A DNA stretch of 64,000 bases. It comes from Oikopleura dioica. Its lineage: Eukaryota > Animalia > Chordata. The notes under the pieces were generated by a model. It did not search any database, had not been told where the DNA came from, and worked only from the letters and a program-made list of their open reading frames with translations. Shown in pieces: positions 13,001-25,706 of the stretch (position 1 is its first letter; each line of letters opens with the position of its first letter). The stretch is taken from NCBI GenBank assembly GCA_907165135.1, contig OU015569.1:8556001-8620000 (forward strand). The letters are read 5' to 3'. The position numbers were made by a program, and so were the translations under genes.

Positions 13001-16000
13001 GTTTTCGGTCATAAATCGACTACTGTATTAGAAGGTCCGGCGAAAACAAATTCATTTCCTCTTTTAATTGGCTCTCTTTGAGCTTGCCGAGCACCAAAAC
13101 ACAGCGGGGCATTATTTTGATCACGTTCCTTAGAATACCCCTCCAAATCACTCCCGCAACTGCTTTAACTCTACCTTTGAACAGTGATTGCATTTATCAA
13201 TAGCTTATTGCTTGCGAGCAGGCAGCTGATGTGTTGAATAGAAGGCAGCATCAGCTTCAAATGGCTTCCATCCATTCGATATCGCTATGTTCTAAAAATT
13301 ATCGAGCTTGTCGCTTCTATCACTCGCACGTTTGCGCCAGCTCATGATTGTTCAATTGGCAATATTTCTAATTAAATTACTGCGCATCGCGAAAACAACG
13401 CACCAGCTTTTGAATCAAATAGCCGGATTCTAGTGAAGGCGTATTTTGATAATTTCCTTGTTCCATTTTGATAAAAAAATGTTCAGCAATCACTTTTAGC
13501 GATTTCTCGAAAGATGTGGCGTTTGGAATGCAATTATTTTGTTTTATTTGTGACACTGTTTACTTGGAAACAACGTCCTAATTGGGCAATTAACACTTAC
13601 AAGGTGCGAATAAAGATTCGCCTGTTTTTATAAACTTGGCTCAGCAAGGATTTGCGGAACTGATAAAAAGGTAACTCTTCACAATTCGAAAGTGAATATC
13701 AACTCTGCTCCTTATTTTGCGCAGAGACACGGATTTGTGGGAGCCGTTTACCGATAAAAAGCGACCGAAATTAGGACGAGAAGTGATAACGACAAACGCT
13801 TTGAAAAGTGGCCGGACATGCGCCTGGTAAACACGCGTTGTATAACACACGTTTACTCTAGAATCTAGATCGCCTTTCAAAAGTCTTACGAGTCTAATTC
13901 GATTCGCTCCACCTCATAACCCAGGGAGCGTCTAATTAGACTGATTAATTAGGTAGCTAATTGTGCTCCAAAAAACATTAAATTTTACGCGTCAAAAAAT
14001 ATATACAGTATTATAGGCTCGTTGCGACGGACCACATCGAGACAAAATTTGTTGCACCGCGGCTTATGGATTTGCGTATTTTTATGTATGGGCTGGTTCG
14101 CGATTAAACACGAGCGTGAGCGCATGCTTAGTCCGTGGTTGAACGTGTTGTCACGCTTTATAAATAATTTTTAAAGCGCCTCTTTTTTTCTCGTTCCCGG
14201 CTGTGATTATTTATCCCAACGCCGGAGAGAAGTAAATTCCCTTTAAACCCCTCTCACTAATTTACACGTCTGGAAAAAACACGCGCCAATTATGTTCTAC
14301 TAAAGTTACCAGTCTTTCGAACACGAAAGTGGAAAATAAAAGCCAAAAGACAAAATATACCGTCTTATCCGAACATCCGTGTTTAAAAAAGTTTGCCGCT
14401 GCAGCACGTGACTTATGAAAAAATTTGGCTTCCTCAAGAGCTAAACCCTTAGCAACAACCGCATGCTATGTGAAACCAGCTCAATATCACGTGCTGTCAC
14501 CGGAATCCAGAAGTTTTATTGACGATCTTTGTATCTTTGATGGTGAAACGATAAAGTGTGAATTTTTTTCTGAGCATGAAAAAAAGCTATTGAAAGATAA
14601 AAATGAGAATTGGAAATAAAAGAACAAGTTCGTAGATTATGAAATGCAAATCTTGAAGGAAATAGTCAGAAAATGGGAGGCTAAGCAATGGCTTAATCCC
14701 TGCTGGAACGTGAGGTGAACGCTTTTGATCTAAATAAATATGTCGCCGCTCGTTTTCCAGGAGAAGTGAGACGGATCCACCACGAGAACGGTGGTGCTGC
14801 TCAACCGCTGCTGCGCCGCGCAAAACGCGAGCGCCATTCAACGAAGCTCTTATTCCGATAGTAAACTATGCGAATATGGTTTACGCGTTACACAAAGTTT
14901 AACAAAAATGTGATTTTTATTCTAGTTTTTCAGAGAGAGGTAATAAAAGAAGAGAGGAGAGAGAGAGAAAATAGGGGCGTCCGACGGACTGGCTAGCCTT
15001 ATTCGCTTGAATAAAGATTCAAATCAGAAAGCGGTCGCCTTTGCTTGGAACTGATCCTTGAATTCATCATGAAGTGACAAAGCGAACCCTTAACACGTTT
15101 GAGAGACATTTGTGAACGCATGTTCAGTGGAATATTTTTGTCTATTCGAGCTTTTCAGAACTAGAAAGTAAGTAAGTACCTTTGCGGAAAGAGGAGTCCG
15201 GAAACTCTTCGCTTGAGAACTTCCCCACCATTTTATGGAGCTTTTAGGAGCAATCGCTAATTCTGGGTGTTTTCCCGCTACATGAAAATTCCCGCTTTTA
15301 ATTAACACTAGGTGAGTAACCTCGCCGTTTTCGCTAAAAATATGGGAGTGGAGGGGTCCTGTTATGGGAAATTGAGAATCTTCGCCGAGCGAACGCCCTT
15401 GTTATTTAATTTCACATTTTAAGGAATGAGTTTCTGCGAATATGACGCTTCCGATTAAATCGAGAACGAGCCACGCTTTGCCTGATTAATTTTCCACTCG
15501 TTGACCATCACAAGTTTGCATCCAGGGATAGCGAGGCCGTTTTCTGAAGCGATATTAGCGCGTTTGGCGATATTTTAGAACTTATCACCAAGATTAGCCT
15601 TAATCCCCCGGCTGCGTTTTTATTTAAGCCTTTATAAGAGCATAGAGCTTATTTTAACCTGAGTTCGTGAAAACTGTGCTCCCAGAAGAGTTCGCGAACC
15701 ACTCGCCGAAAAAATCGTCGCGCTTTTCTTCCAGAATAGCTCCCTAAATACCAAGTGAAACGCTATATTCATATAAAAAACAAACCTCCACCCTTATTCC
15801 ACCCATAATTGCCCGCCCTCTTGTGAGCACAAATTTGGAATTTTCCTCAGCAAAATAGATCGAGCAAAATTGACCGCGGTGGTCGCCTGGAATTGTCTTG
15901 ACAAAAGTCTGGAATTCCTTGCGAGAGCATATTCTTTTAAAAAGTTCGATAACAAACAGACTTTTCAAAGGACGGAGATTTTCGAAAACATGAATGAAAT

Positions 16001-16971
16001 TAATTTTCTTATCGCAGGAAAATAAATATTTTGAGTTCAAACGAGCAGATTTGCTGCCAAAAGTTTCTTTTTTTACTATTTTGAAAACACATTATACAGC
16101 GTTTTGAATTTTATCATCGCAAAAATGCCGTCTGTGAATGAAAATGAATGAATCAAAGCTTGCTAACTACTTGTATACTCTTCCTGAATCATTGTTGAAG
16201 TCTCGCTTTCTCTCTTTCTCACTCTTGTCGGTTTTGATTTGGATGGATGCAGAAGCAGTTAGCACAAATTCCAACCAGAACAAATTTGAAAACCATAATT
16301 TACCGCGCTTTGATGTTATACTCACTGTCTACAGCTGTGCCATACTGTACTTAAGTTTAACTGACGCCAAATCTTTTTAGACTGAATCGGACTGATTTAG
16401 ATAAGACTGACAGTATCTAGATCGCTTTTTATATTTTGGCTTTTTTAAAACTACAAAAAGGGATAATAACAACAATCATAATAAAAAATTAGGTTAGCTG
16501 ACCAAAATTTTTTATTTGATTTGCTTTTAAAATTTGAAATAAACTGGAATCAACAGGACAGAGTAAAATAATAACAAGTATTAAAAATTAAAGAAATAAA
16601 AAAACTCATATTTTAATTAATCAGATTAGATAGAATTAGTATGATAAGAAAGGGGCTTTCAAGTTTTTTAACTCTCCAAAAGGAAGGTTTTAGTGACTCT
16701 TTTAGTGACTTCTATTAAAACGCGACTGATATAACTAGTCTTAAAACCAATAAGGCACGTTTCAAAAAAAAATATAAATCAGATCAAAATATGAGGGATA
16801 CTTTTGAAACCGTGGCTTAGATATCCTGAACTCCGAGTTTAAGCGAAATTGATTATTACAGGAAGAGGAAATCCGATTTTGATAAAAAAAGAGATTTCCT
16901 TTTGGCTAGTTCCCTCCGAAGCTCAATCTTAGGCGCGGTAAGGACATAGATTCATTTGTTAAAATCAAGAG

Positions 16972-19312
16972 ATGTCGAGTTTTCTAAACCGAGCAAACAC
17001 AATGGCAGACATTCGTGCGAGCCAGTCAAACCAAAAACGCAAAAAGAACATTTTCTCAAAAGTATGGAAGTCGTTTTCGAAACTCGGCCGCTCTAGTAGC
17101 AGAGCTAATCTTTACGGTAGCGCTCGGCACGTAGGTTCGAGCTTCGGGGGGAGCAGCTTCGACGGCGGCGACGGCAGCGACTCTGGCGTGATGACTACCG
17201 GTTCGACTACTACCAGGAATGGGTCGTACGTAGCTAAGAAGAATGACACTCAGTAAGCCCGCTTGCTTATTGAAATGCCAGATTTACCCCAACAATTTAC
17301 TCTTTGTGGCCAAACAAGCACTTCTCGATCAATTATTGACTCAAAGCAAAAGGTTGTATGTTTAGAATAACAATCTTCAATAAATTATTGACAATAATAA
17401 ATTCACGTTTCTTACCTCAGCAGAAATAGAAATACCCTACTTATTAAGCATTACTTAGAATTCGAAGATTTTTTGTGGTGATTTGGTACATTGAAACTCT
17501 AAGTGATCCGTTAATAGACGAAGTTCAGCAATAAACAACTTGGAAGATTTCCACAGAGATGGTTCGACAAACTCAGACTCCGCCTCAACAGGCTACGCTT
17601 CAGAAGGTATGAACCAAGGCGCCATGCTGCTCGCTAAGCCCGAATTTAAGGATCGTCAGATAGAAGCAAAGACGAACAGAATCTTAATCAATGCAAAAAA
17701 GTCTTCCCGCAGAAAAAGTTTTACGCCGCTAAGATGGAATCGACTCCAATGCTCGATTCGATAATGAAGAGTCTTGAAGCTTCCAAGAAAAAGCAACGAG
17801 TCCCTTCCCGCACTTGGAGCTCCGAAGAAATTAGTGACGAAGAAAGAGATTCTTCAGGTTTGACCCCTGCCCTTTTAATTCTCATAAACTTCGTTATTAT
17901 TGGCGAAAAGTTCGAATCGCTTATTTTATGTCCCCATACAAACTGCTTAACAAGCTAAAATCAAGCATGACTAGTTTGCGATTACTACCCTAGTTAGGTT
18001 AATTTAAGACAAGGATTACGTCAATTTGTAAAACAGCTTTCACTCATGTTGAAAATCGTATCTTGTTTTGATAACAAGTAACTCTGTAAATGAAGATTCA
18101 ACTTTCTCAAGAAAACTAGAACACAGAATTCGGCGATTAGCCTCATGTTAACAGTTGTTTGAAATGGAATTTAGTTTATTCGACGACTTCTGTTTCTTCA
18201 TCGGATTCCGTGATTGACAACTCCTCTTCTGAGGAAGCTCCTCCACCAGTAATTCTGCACCGCCACGCGCCCGTCAAGCAACAGCGAACATATTCTTACA
18301 ACCCTCGTCAGCTGAGTACTCCGAGACAACCTCAAATGACAGCGGCGAGCTCTCATGTGAGTAGTTTCACTCCTGCCTCTGTAGCTTGCTCCGGGGCAGT
18401 GAGAAACATCGCTGCTAAGTTCGCTGAAAATGAAAACATTGACGAAGATTTCGGGCATATTCATATATCTAAGCCAGAAGGAATTCGACGAACACAGAGC
18501 ACTAAAATCCAGGTTATTTCATTTGACTTCGCTCAATCGTCATCTCGGTTTTAAGGCTCTTGCGGCCAGTTTCCAAATCTCAAACGAACAAATCGAAACC
18601 AAGCCAAGTTCGCCGACTGCCTTGGTGCGCTCGCAAACTGTGGTAACGGGACAAAACCGACCGAGCAAAATGACGAGTGACAGTGCGTTCATGAAGAGTT
18701 TACTCGAAATGGCGAAGTCGGATGAGCTGGATGAGCCTGGCGCGCGCGTCCGCGATGTTGAGGTGAGATCAGATTCCTTTCGATAAATAAATATCTTGCC
18801 CGTTTCTAATGTTCAAAATATTTGTCTCAAGAAGTGAACGAATAGAAATATCCGCGGTAAACAGAAAAACGTTTATTGACAATCAGAGACTGCGGAAGAA
18901 GCAACTGAGTTCAAGTTGACAAGTTTGTTCAGATCAACGACTTCAAATCCCAAATTTCCCTTGTGTCTACCAAAATGCACCTAAGAAGAACAATGACTAT
19001 CGCAGAGCCAGATGACAGCACGTGCGCCCAAGAAAACGTCCACGACATTGCTAGATCGAAGTCCGAAAGTGTCTCTTCAACGTTTGTGCCAAAGTATCAA
19101 TCAGGTTAGACAATAAGTCTACCACTGGTATCAATATCTGTTCAGTTGACCCGTTCGTCGTTGAGATTTTGGAGCAAGGGAATATCCCTGAAGGTGTCAA
19201 ACAGAAAATTCGAGAAGAGTGCTGGTCGCTTTTCAACGATCCCAAGACGCCAAGGGGAGTCAAACAGTGTATTCTGAACACAATGCTCTCCAAGTACCAG
19301 GCTACTTGTTGA
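16972..19312 (+). CDS. Multi-exon Ser-rich, largely disordered protein of unknown function
   Basis: ATG 16972. Coherent GT-AG exons (e.g. donors at ~17254, 17609, 18513, 18763, 19106). Ends VDPFVVEILEQGNIPEGVKQKIREECWSLFNDPKTPRGVKQCILNTMLSKYQATC*. No family recognised. Confidence 0.65.
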
Positions 19313-19689
19313 ACACTTTTAAAATAACGACGAGGAGAAACCGACCCTGGTGAACCTTTCCAACTTCATTTTCACAATTCTATTCTGAACAAAAACAGCT
19401 TGAACTTTTTTATTCCTGTAATTTTCTTTCTTTATTAAATAAAGCTCTGTAAATCTTTTTAAATGAATCGAAGAGGTTTTATGTCTTTTTGTGCGACTTC
19501 TCGAGAAACAAAATACAACAGAAAACGGGAAGGTGAAAGGCGAAAAGTGGTGTTTTTGTGGTGCAAAGGTTACATTCGAATTCGCGAATCGCGAATTGAG
19601 TTTGATCGTTTGATCTTGCTGTGCTTTTTGGGATTTGCAAAAAAATAATTGTTCTTGATATGTTAGTGCTCATAATATCACGTTTGGGT

Positions 19690-20220
19690 TTAATATTGTA
19701 AATCCCGTGCGTGCTCGGTGTTATGCTGCCCTTCAAAATTCCATGGGGGCACAGAAAATGTTCTGCGAATATCCATCTGCCGGATCGAGCGGGGATCCCC
19801 AGTTATTTCTCCGTTCTCATCGCGCACAGACGCAATTCTTCTCATTCGCTTCGCCACTTCTACAATGAAAAATTCAATTTCATGCTTGCAAACGTTAGGA
19901 TTCGAGAACGACGAGTTTAAACCTTTAAATCGATTATCTCTTCGGATGAATTTTTCAGTAGATTTAATTTCTTCTGGACGAAGAATCGACTTAATTTTGC
20001 AATCACGACCAGCTGAAGAAACATGAAAGTGAATAATACTGAAATCGAACGTACCAATTATGCAACGGCCAAGACCTGAAGTCTTCTTCTTGTTTGTTCC
20101 GAGATATTTGTATTCAATAACGTGCACTGGAATCAGTGCCAGTTTTACAATCTGGAATTTCGTATTATATAAAGCCCTCGAAAATGAAAGAATTTTTGTG
20201 AATCGCCAAAAATTCTTCAT
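19690..20220 (-). CDS. Unknown ~160-176 aa basic protein; possible mitochondrial-type N-terminus
   Basis: 176-codon ORF 104 nt downstream of the SSUH2-like gene on the same strand. It contains an in-frame 42-nt GT..AG segment that is probably an intron. N-terminus MKNFWRFTKILSFSRALYNTK lacks acidic residues. Confidence 0.5.
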   Translation of the reverse strand: MKNFWRFTKILSFSRALYNTKFQIVKLALIPVHVIEYKYLGTNKKKTSGLGRCIIGTFDFSIIHFHVSSAGRDCKIKSILRPEEIKSTEKFIRRDNRFKGLNSSFSNPNVCKHEIEFFIVEVAKRMRRIASVRDENGEITGDPRSIRQMDIRRTFSVPPWNFEGQHNTEHARDLQY

Positions 20221-20324
20221 TGAAAAAGTAACTACTGCTAAGAATTTTTCACGATTTTTATTCTATGTAGAATATTGTCGTTTTTTTGTAAACAATTGAA
20301 GTAAGAGTCAAACCTCTGCATCCA

Positions 20325-21669
20325 TTACAACGATTTTTTCACAGCTCTGATTTTGTTTTTGATTGATTGTAAATCGGATTGATTGATTAATATTTGAAAT
20401 TTACTTTTGCTTGTGTGAGTGAATTGGAATCCATCCGTCTGTTGATCTCCTCCGCCATTTTGTCCACTTTCTGTTTGAGTTTTCTGTTCATTGCTGTGCG
20501 CTCGTTCAGACTGCGCAAGTCGATCTGAACCGGTTGGCCGCGCGGGCGCAACCCTTCGATCCAACTTGTAATTTCTTGATCGATGAAGTTTGAGGTCGCA
20601 AGCTTCGTTGCGAAAGAGTACTGTGTTCGAATTTTCAGTTCTCGGTGAACGCCATTTGCGCAGCTCCGACTACACATGGGCTCGTTCAATGAACTCAACA
20701 ATGAAGCAATATTTTTTCAGAATTACTATTAAAACATATGAGCGCGGTACGAGTCGATCCCGTGCCAAATATTGTCAGCGTTTCCAGAGCAAGACTCACA
20801 AGGCAACTTTCCGTCTCCGTGACACAGCTCACATTCGGACTCGTCCATTTCATCGATCACTTCAGTGTCCTCGACTTCTTCATCTTGTCCGTCTGGGCCA
20901 GATATGATATTAATTGTCGTGCGGTTAATTTGTTTGAAATCTTGAATTCGCCCGCTTCCAGCGCAAATGTAACAATCGATCTAAAATGAATTTTTATTCA
21001 GTTCACCATTTTCATAAATCACCAGCCCAGTATCTCCACATAAGCAGGATTCGATAACTTCTTGAGCATCTGAGGTAACGCTTTCGGTATTACAACGGTC
21101 GCAGTCTACCCAAAGCGCTTTTGGCAGCTGAAGGCAGTTTTAGCGTTTTTCTTGGCAGCAGCAGTGTGCTGACGTCCATTGATGGCCGCTTTTGAGGGGA
21201 ACCTTTAAGAGAATACCTTGATTTTGTGCACGGTCAGAAACTCTTTCTGCTTTGGCGTCGGTATGCTCCAGTGCTTTTCGAAGCGACTTTCTCGCTTCAA
21301 AGGCGTCGAGTTTGTAAGAAAACGCATTTCTTTCTTGATTTCCACTGTAATCTGAAAACATTAAGATATTGCTGAATCGCAGAACTCAATTCACCAGGGG
21401 AATAGTGTAAAAATAGACTTGACTAATTTCCATCATCGTCACCATTTTCTGATCTTGTTTCTTCCCTAGCTTCCCGAGGACTTGAAGAAGAGCGGCATTA
21501 TTGAGTTTGTCTCTATCTCGGTATCTATCCGTGTTTTCTTTTATAATTGGATTTTCGAAAGGTTGTAGCGGGTTTTTGAAGAATTCTGTACGTAAATTTG
21601 ACAATAAAATTTATATTAAAACTTACCTGCTAGTGCAGACTCTTGAGTTGCTTTCTTTTTCAGCTCCAT
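20325..21669 (-). CDS. SSUH2-like protein with DnaJ-type CxxCxGxG zinc-finger repeats
   Basis: Spliced: MELKKKATQESALA|EFFKNP..VYFYTIPL|ITVEIKK..HWSIPTPKQKEFLTVHKIK|LPKALWVDCDRC..CLCGDTGL|IDCYICAGSGRIQ..CELCHGDGKLPCESCSG..CSRSCANG. The layout resembles SSUH2; orthology is not established. Confidence 0.6.
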
Positions 21670-23573
21670 CGCTTCTTAGGTTTCTAAAAGTCTCAATTTC
21701 ATAAATTCTCTTTAAATCGCGAAGAAACCATTCCTGTTGGAATCCGCCTGAAAAAGTCTTTATGCTTGCGAAAATAGTGGAGAGCAATGCTCCGCTGTTG
21801 AAAAGTAATTCGTTTATTTCCCATAATTTATCTTGTTCCTTATTTTGTTGAAAGTTTATTTATATGCTCGAAGCAATAAAGTCAAAAGAGACTATGTCCC
21901 GAGCGGGTGGCTAATCCCACTCATAGATCACTATTTTGAAGGAAATGCCACTCCAGACATTCATTTTTACGAAAACTTTACGCTGGCGACTTTGTTCACA
22001 ATAGACCTTGATCTTTTAGTATAAAATAAAACCATGTTTAAACTAGGTCACGGCAGAAGAACATTAATTATTCGAAGCAGTACTCAGAATTCATAAAAAT
22101 TTCATTAAATTTAATTTAAAATACCCATTGCTTCATTTTCAAATACTCATTTCTGGATGATGACTAGTTTTTGAAATAATAGAGGGGCAGATTGCAAGTC
22201 AGCTATGGATTTCTTCTCCAAAAATAATGCTGGGGTGAAGAAACAAATCATTAGATAAATAAAAAAGAAATCCTCCTTGCTATCAAAATATCTCTGTCGA
22301 CGTACTCATTTATCAGGGCTCCAAAAAGACACATTTTCTAGGGAAGCTACCCTCAAAATGTGAAAACCTTTTTTTTTCATCCCCTGCTATTGTTTAAATA
22401 GGCTCGGACTATGATTTGATTTCCGGGCTGTCTGAAATAGTCCCTATCTTTACCCGATATCACTTTCGTCATCGAGCTCGACCATTGTTTCTCTCAATTT
22501 CCGCGTTCTTTCCTGATCTGTCTTAACGCTTTTCTGTTTTCACGTGCTTCTGATGCAGCAGCCTGCGTTTAAACTATCGAACGACATCAATCATCGTATT
22601 TTCCTGACTTCTTAACGATATCCTACGATTTCAGAAGAGCGCGCTAATTTTCGAAAGCGAGTCTTTTCAAGCAAGCTTGTTTAAATAATAAAACATCTTT
22701 CAGTTAACTTAAAATCTAACATAAGTCATGTTACATGACCGATAGCTTGACCTACGATGACCTTGGTTTAGAAAATGAATATTTCGCCCAATGCATTAGA
22801 TTTATTGCCTGGGAGATTGTTTGCTCATAAAATTCCTTTTACCGAGGCCAGTAAAATATTTCTCAGTCGACTTCAATTATTTCTTTATTACCTGATTCTG
22901 TTGAGTATTTTGACTTCGATAACTGTATTAAATACTGCTTCTTTTTAATTCTTCTTAATTTCTCTTAATCGTAAAGTTAACGTTTACTCACTAATTGCCC
23001 ACTGAGCAATTAATAGCTCTTTGCTATCTTCAGGCTATATCTGAGTTAGTACCCACCGCAATCCACATTTAAAAGTCGGAAATCGTTAATTGTGATATAC
23101 GCAGAGTCCTTTTCATCTAGTTCGTCTCATTTAGAAACTAATTTATGATGATAACGGATCATCGCCACATGATTGAAATTCAAAACTAACCAAGTTTTTA
23201 TTTATTTTATTTCAGTGATTTTCAGTATTTGAGAAGTCAGTATCAAATTTTGAGTGTCAATTAAAAAGCATATGAATTTGTAGAAATGTCAATTCGCATG
23301 TATTCTCGGTCGATATCTCACCAGGCAAAAGGGCTGTTTTCTTGGTACTTCTTCATTCGTTCTGATTTATATTGTCAGCAAGGCTGTTCACGTGGAAATA
23401 GATATTACCTTTTGCTTCAGAGTTGTATTGTTGCCGGACTTCCGCGGGTAGCCGTTTCCATTCGGCAGACATCGTTTCGAAGAGGGTCGTTTTCGGCTTT
23501 CCTTCCTGTTTACTTTCTTCATTTTCCTAAAATTATTTGTGTGCAAAAATTAACAAATCAGTATATAATCTGT

Positions 23574-24139
23574 GACGATTTTCAACAACATTTTTTTGGG
23601 AAAATCCTGGTCCCCCTTTTTCATTCCCTCAATAGATTCTTCGTATGAAAAAACCCCCCTCACCCGGTTTAGAGCCGGTGTGCCCAACTCAATATGCCCA
23701 GAGGGTGTTTTAAAATTTTTTTGGATTACCCCGTATATTTTGCCCTAGGGCATAAATAATGTGGGCACACTGTATATATTTAGAACTCTCGTGATCTAAC
23801 AAGTACGGGGAGCACAAAATTGTGACCTCTTCAAAAGGTCATCTGGGGTCACGTGACCTCAACCTTTCCGAGAGGTCACAATATTGTGCTCCCCATACTT
23901 GTTAGATCATGAGGATTTTAAAAATATATATTTTGCCCACATTATATATGTCCTAGAGCAAAATATAGGGGGTAATCAAACTGGTACTTTTGGAACTTCC
24001 GTCACATGCAATGACGTCATAAGTTCGAAATTTTGCCAGTATTTCCGACTCATCTAGCATAACTTTTTACGCTCTTTCTAATGGGCCTATAAAAAAGGTG
24101 AACCAGGATTTCCCTCAAAAATCCTTATTGAAAATCGTC
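23574..24139. mobile_element. Degenerate foldback/MITE-like element (~565 bp, nested inverted arms)
   Basis: Outer arms 23574-23623 and 24091-24139 (GACGATTTTCAA..AAATCCTGG) and inner arms ~23724-23830 and ~23870-23977 are imperfect reverse complements. No clear TSD. Confidence 0.8.
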
Positions 24140-25090
24140 CTGTACCTTCTTCCATATTTCACGAATTTCGTCAATGTGGTCAGCCACAAATTGCTTGTAC
24201 GCACTTGGCGGGGCTTTGCGTATTCCTTCAATTCTTATTTAGAATTCGAGTAAAAAAGTATTCTTACCTTCAGACATTCTACTCTTTTTTGCGTCTCTTT
24301 CCGTTTTTAAAAAAAAAAAAAGAAGAAAAACGGCCGAAATCTCGAGTTTCAGAAATGGATGATGAATGAAAAAGAATGCTCCGGTTATATCACGAAAAAT
24401 TCGGACTTGCTAATCCCGAAATTTTCGGGCCGAAAACCTTCAAGCGCCTCAACCAACGATTCCCAAACTGAATCGTTGATATTCCCACGATTACCAACCC
24501 ATTCTTTTAGTCAAAATAGTTGAAAAGGATCCTTTTCAAACCAGTCTGTCAAACTTCAATACATTCAGTACTATTGACAGCACTGCAATGTTTTGAAATT
24601 TCATCCTGGTGTCAGCTTATCTGTCTAAAATGAAGATAATCTCCCTGCAATGAATTCACAGAAATAAATCGAAGTATAATTCGATAAATAATTACATGCG
24701 TAACATATGATATGTTGTCACAATGCATATTATTACTTCCAAAATTTGTCAATCAATATTTTCAATGAATAGAGAATGAAGTCTATTTTGTCAGTTTCTG
24801 AATCGAACAATAAATTTCGGACAAGATTTATGGGATTCTTTTATTCTTTATTTTTGAAAGTTGGTGGATAATATATTGGATTTGAAGTAAATAGGTAAGA
24901 TGGAAAAGGTGAAACCGCCTTGAATAAGGAGGAAAGATGTAAAACGTAAGTTTGAATCATGCACTCGATGGTTTGTCGATTGTGATTTGAACGAGAAGAA
25001 TATTCTTAACGTTTTGTATGTACCAGTAAGAGTAGGTGTTCTTCACTTCCTCCCTAAATTAGCTGTTAGAGGACGGATGCCCAGGCTATC

Positions 25091-25706
25091 TTACAGAAGT
25101 GTCTCGTCGTCGGGAAACTCTTCGAGCAGTCGACTCAGGTCCCTTTCGCTTTGAATCGCTCTTATGTTATTCAAGACGACAGGAGAGCCAAAGCAGGGTT
25201 TTGTGTAAGTTTTCTTTTTCCATTCTCCAGCTGAAATTAAACGGTTATTCAAAGCTGCTATTTTGATGAGACTTACTCTTCTCGTCTCTTCTCGTCTCAC
25301 TGTAAGTAAAGGCAACATCGAAAAAGAGGTTGAAAGGGTAGCTCACATTATCAGCTACGTCTTCAATGAGCTCTTGCAACTTTCCCCTGGTGAAAGGAAC
25401 GCAACAAGTGATGGAATCTCTATCTGCGACTCTTTCGAACTCGAAGGACTCTTCAGACAGTGAGTCGAAGAAAAGGAGCTCTTCTTTTGAAAAGGCAGTG
25501 GGAATTTTCATTTTTTCGAATGTGATGATCGAAAAGCCAACGAAGCCCTTTTTGATGCTCGAAATTGGGGTCACAGCCGCAACAATTGACCGTAAAATTG
25601 GCACCAAACAATCAACCTCCCTTATCGACTCCATCTCCACTGTTAATTTGACCCAAATCAGCTGTTTATTGTCCCCAACTCAGGCGGAACTTTGAGACGC
25701 GCCCAT
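25091..25706 (-). CDS. Unknown two-exon gene; start either ATG 25634 or ATG 25706 (with in-frame TGA at 25680-25682)
   Basis: Long open frame ..MESIREVDCLVPILRS..PFNLFFDVAFTY| GT-AG intron |TGEWKKKTYTKPCFGSPVVLNNIRAIQSERDLSRLLEEFPDDETLL*. Confidence 0.5.

Noticed and set aside
10100-16900. Short ORFs and exon-like pieces (e.g. minus 11271-11655, 12780-13350, 14587-14841, 14995-15230)
   Set aside because: No recognisable motif, and I could not assemble a consistent spliced frame; they may be degraded or lineage-specific genes but are unsupported.
22440-22620. Minus-strand fragment AAASEARENRKALRQIRKER / KLRETMVELDDESDI
   Set aside because: It needs an assumed frameshift and has no identifiable start or family.
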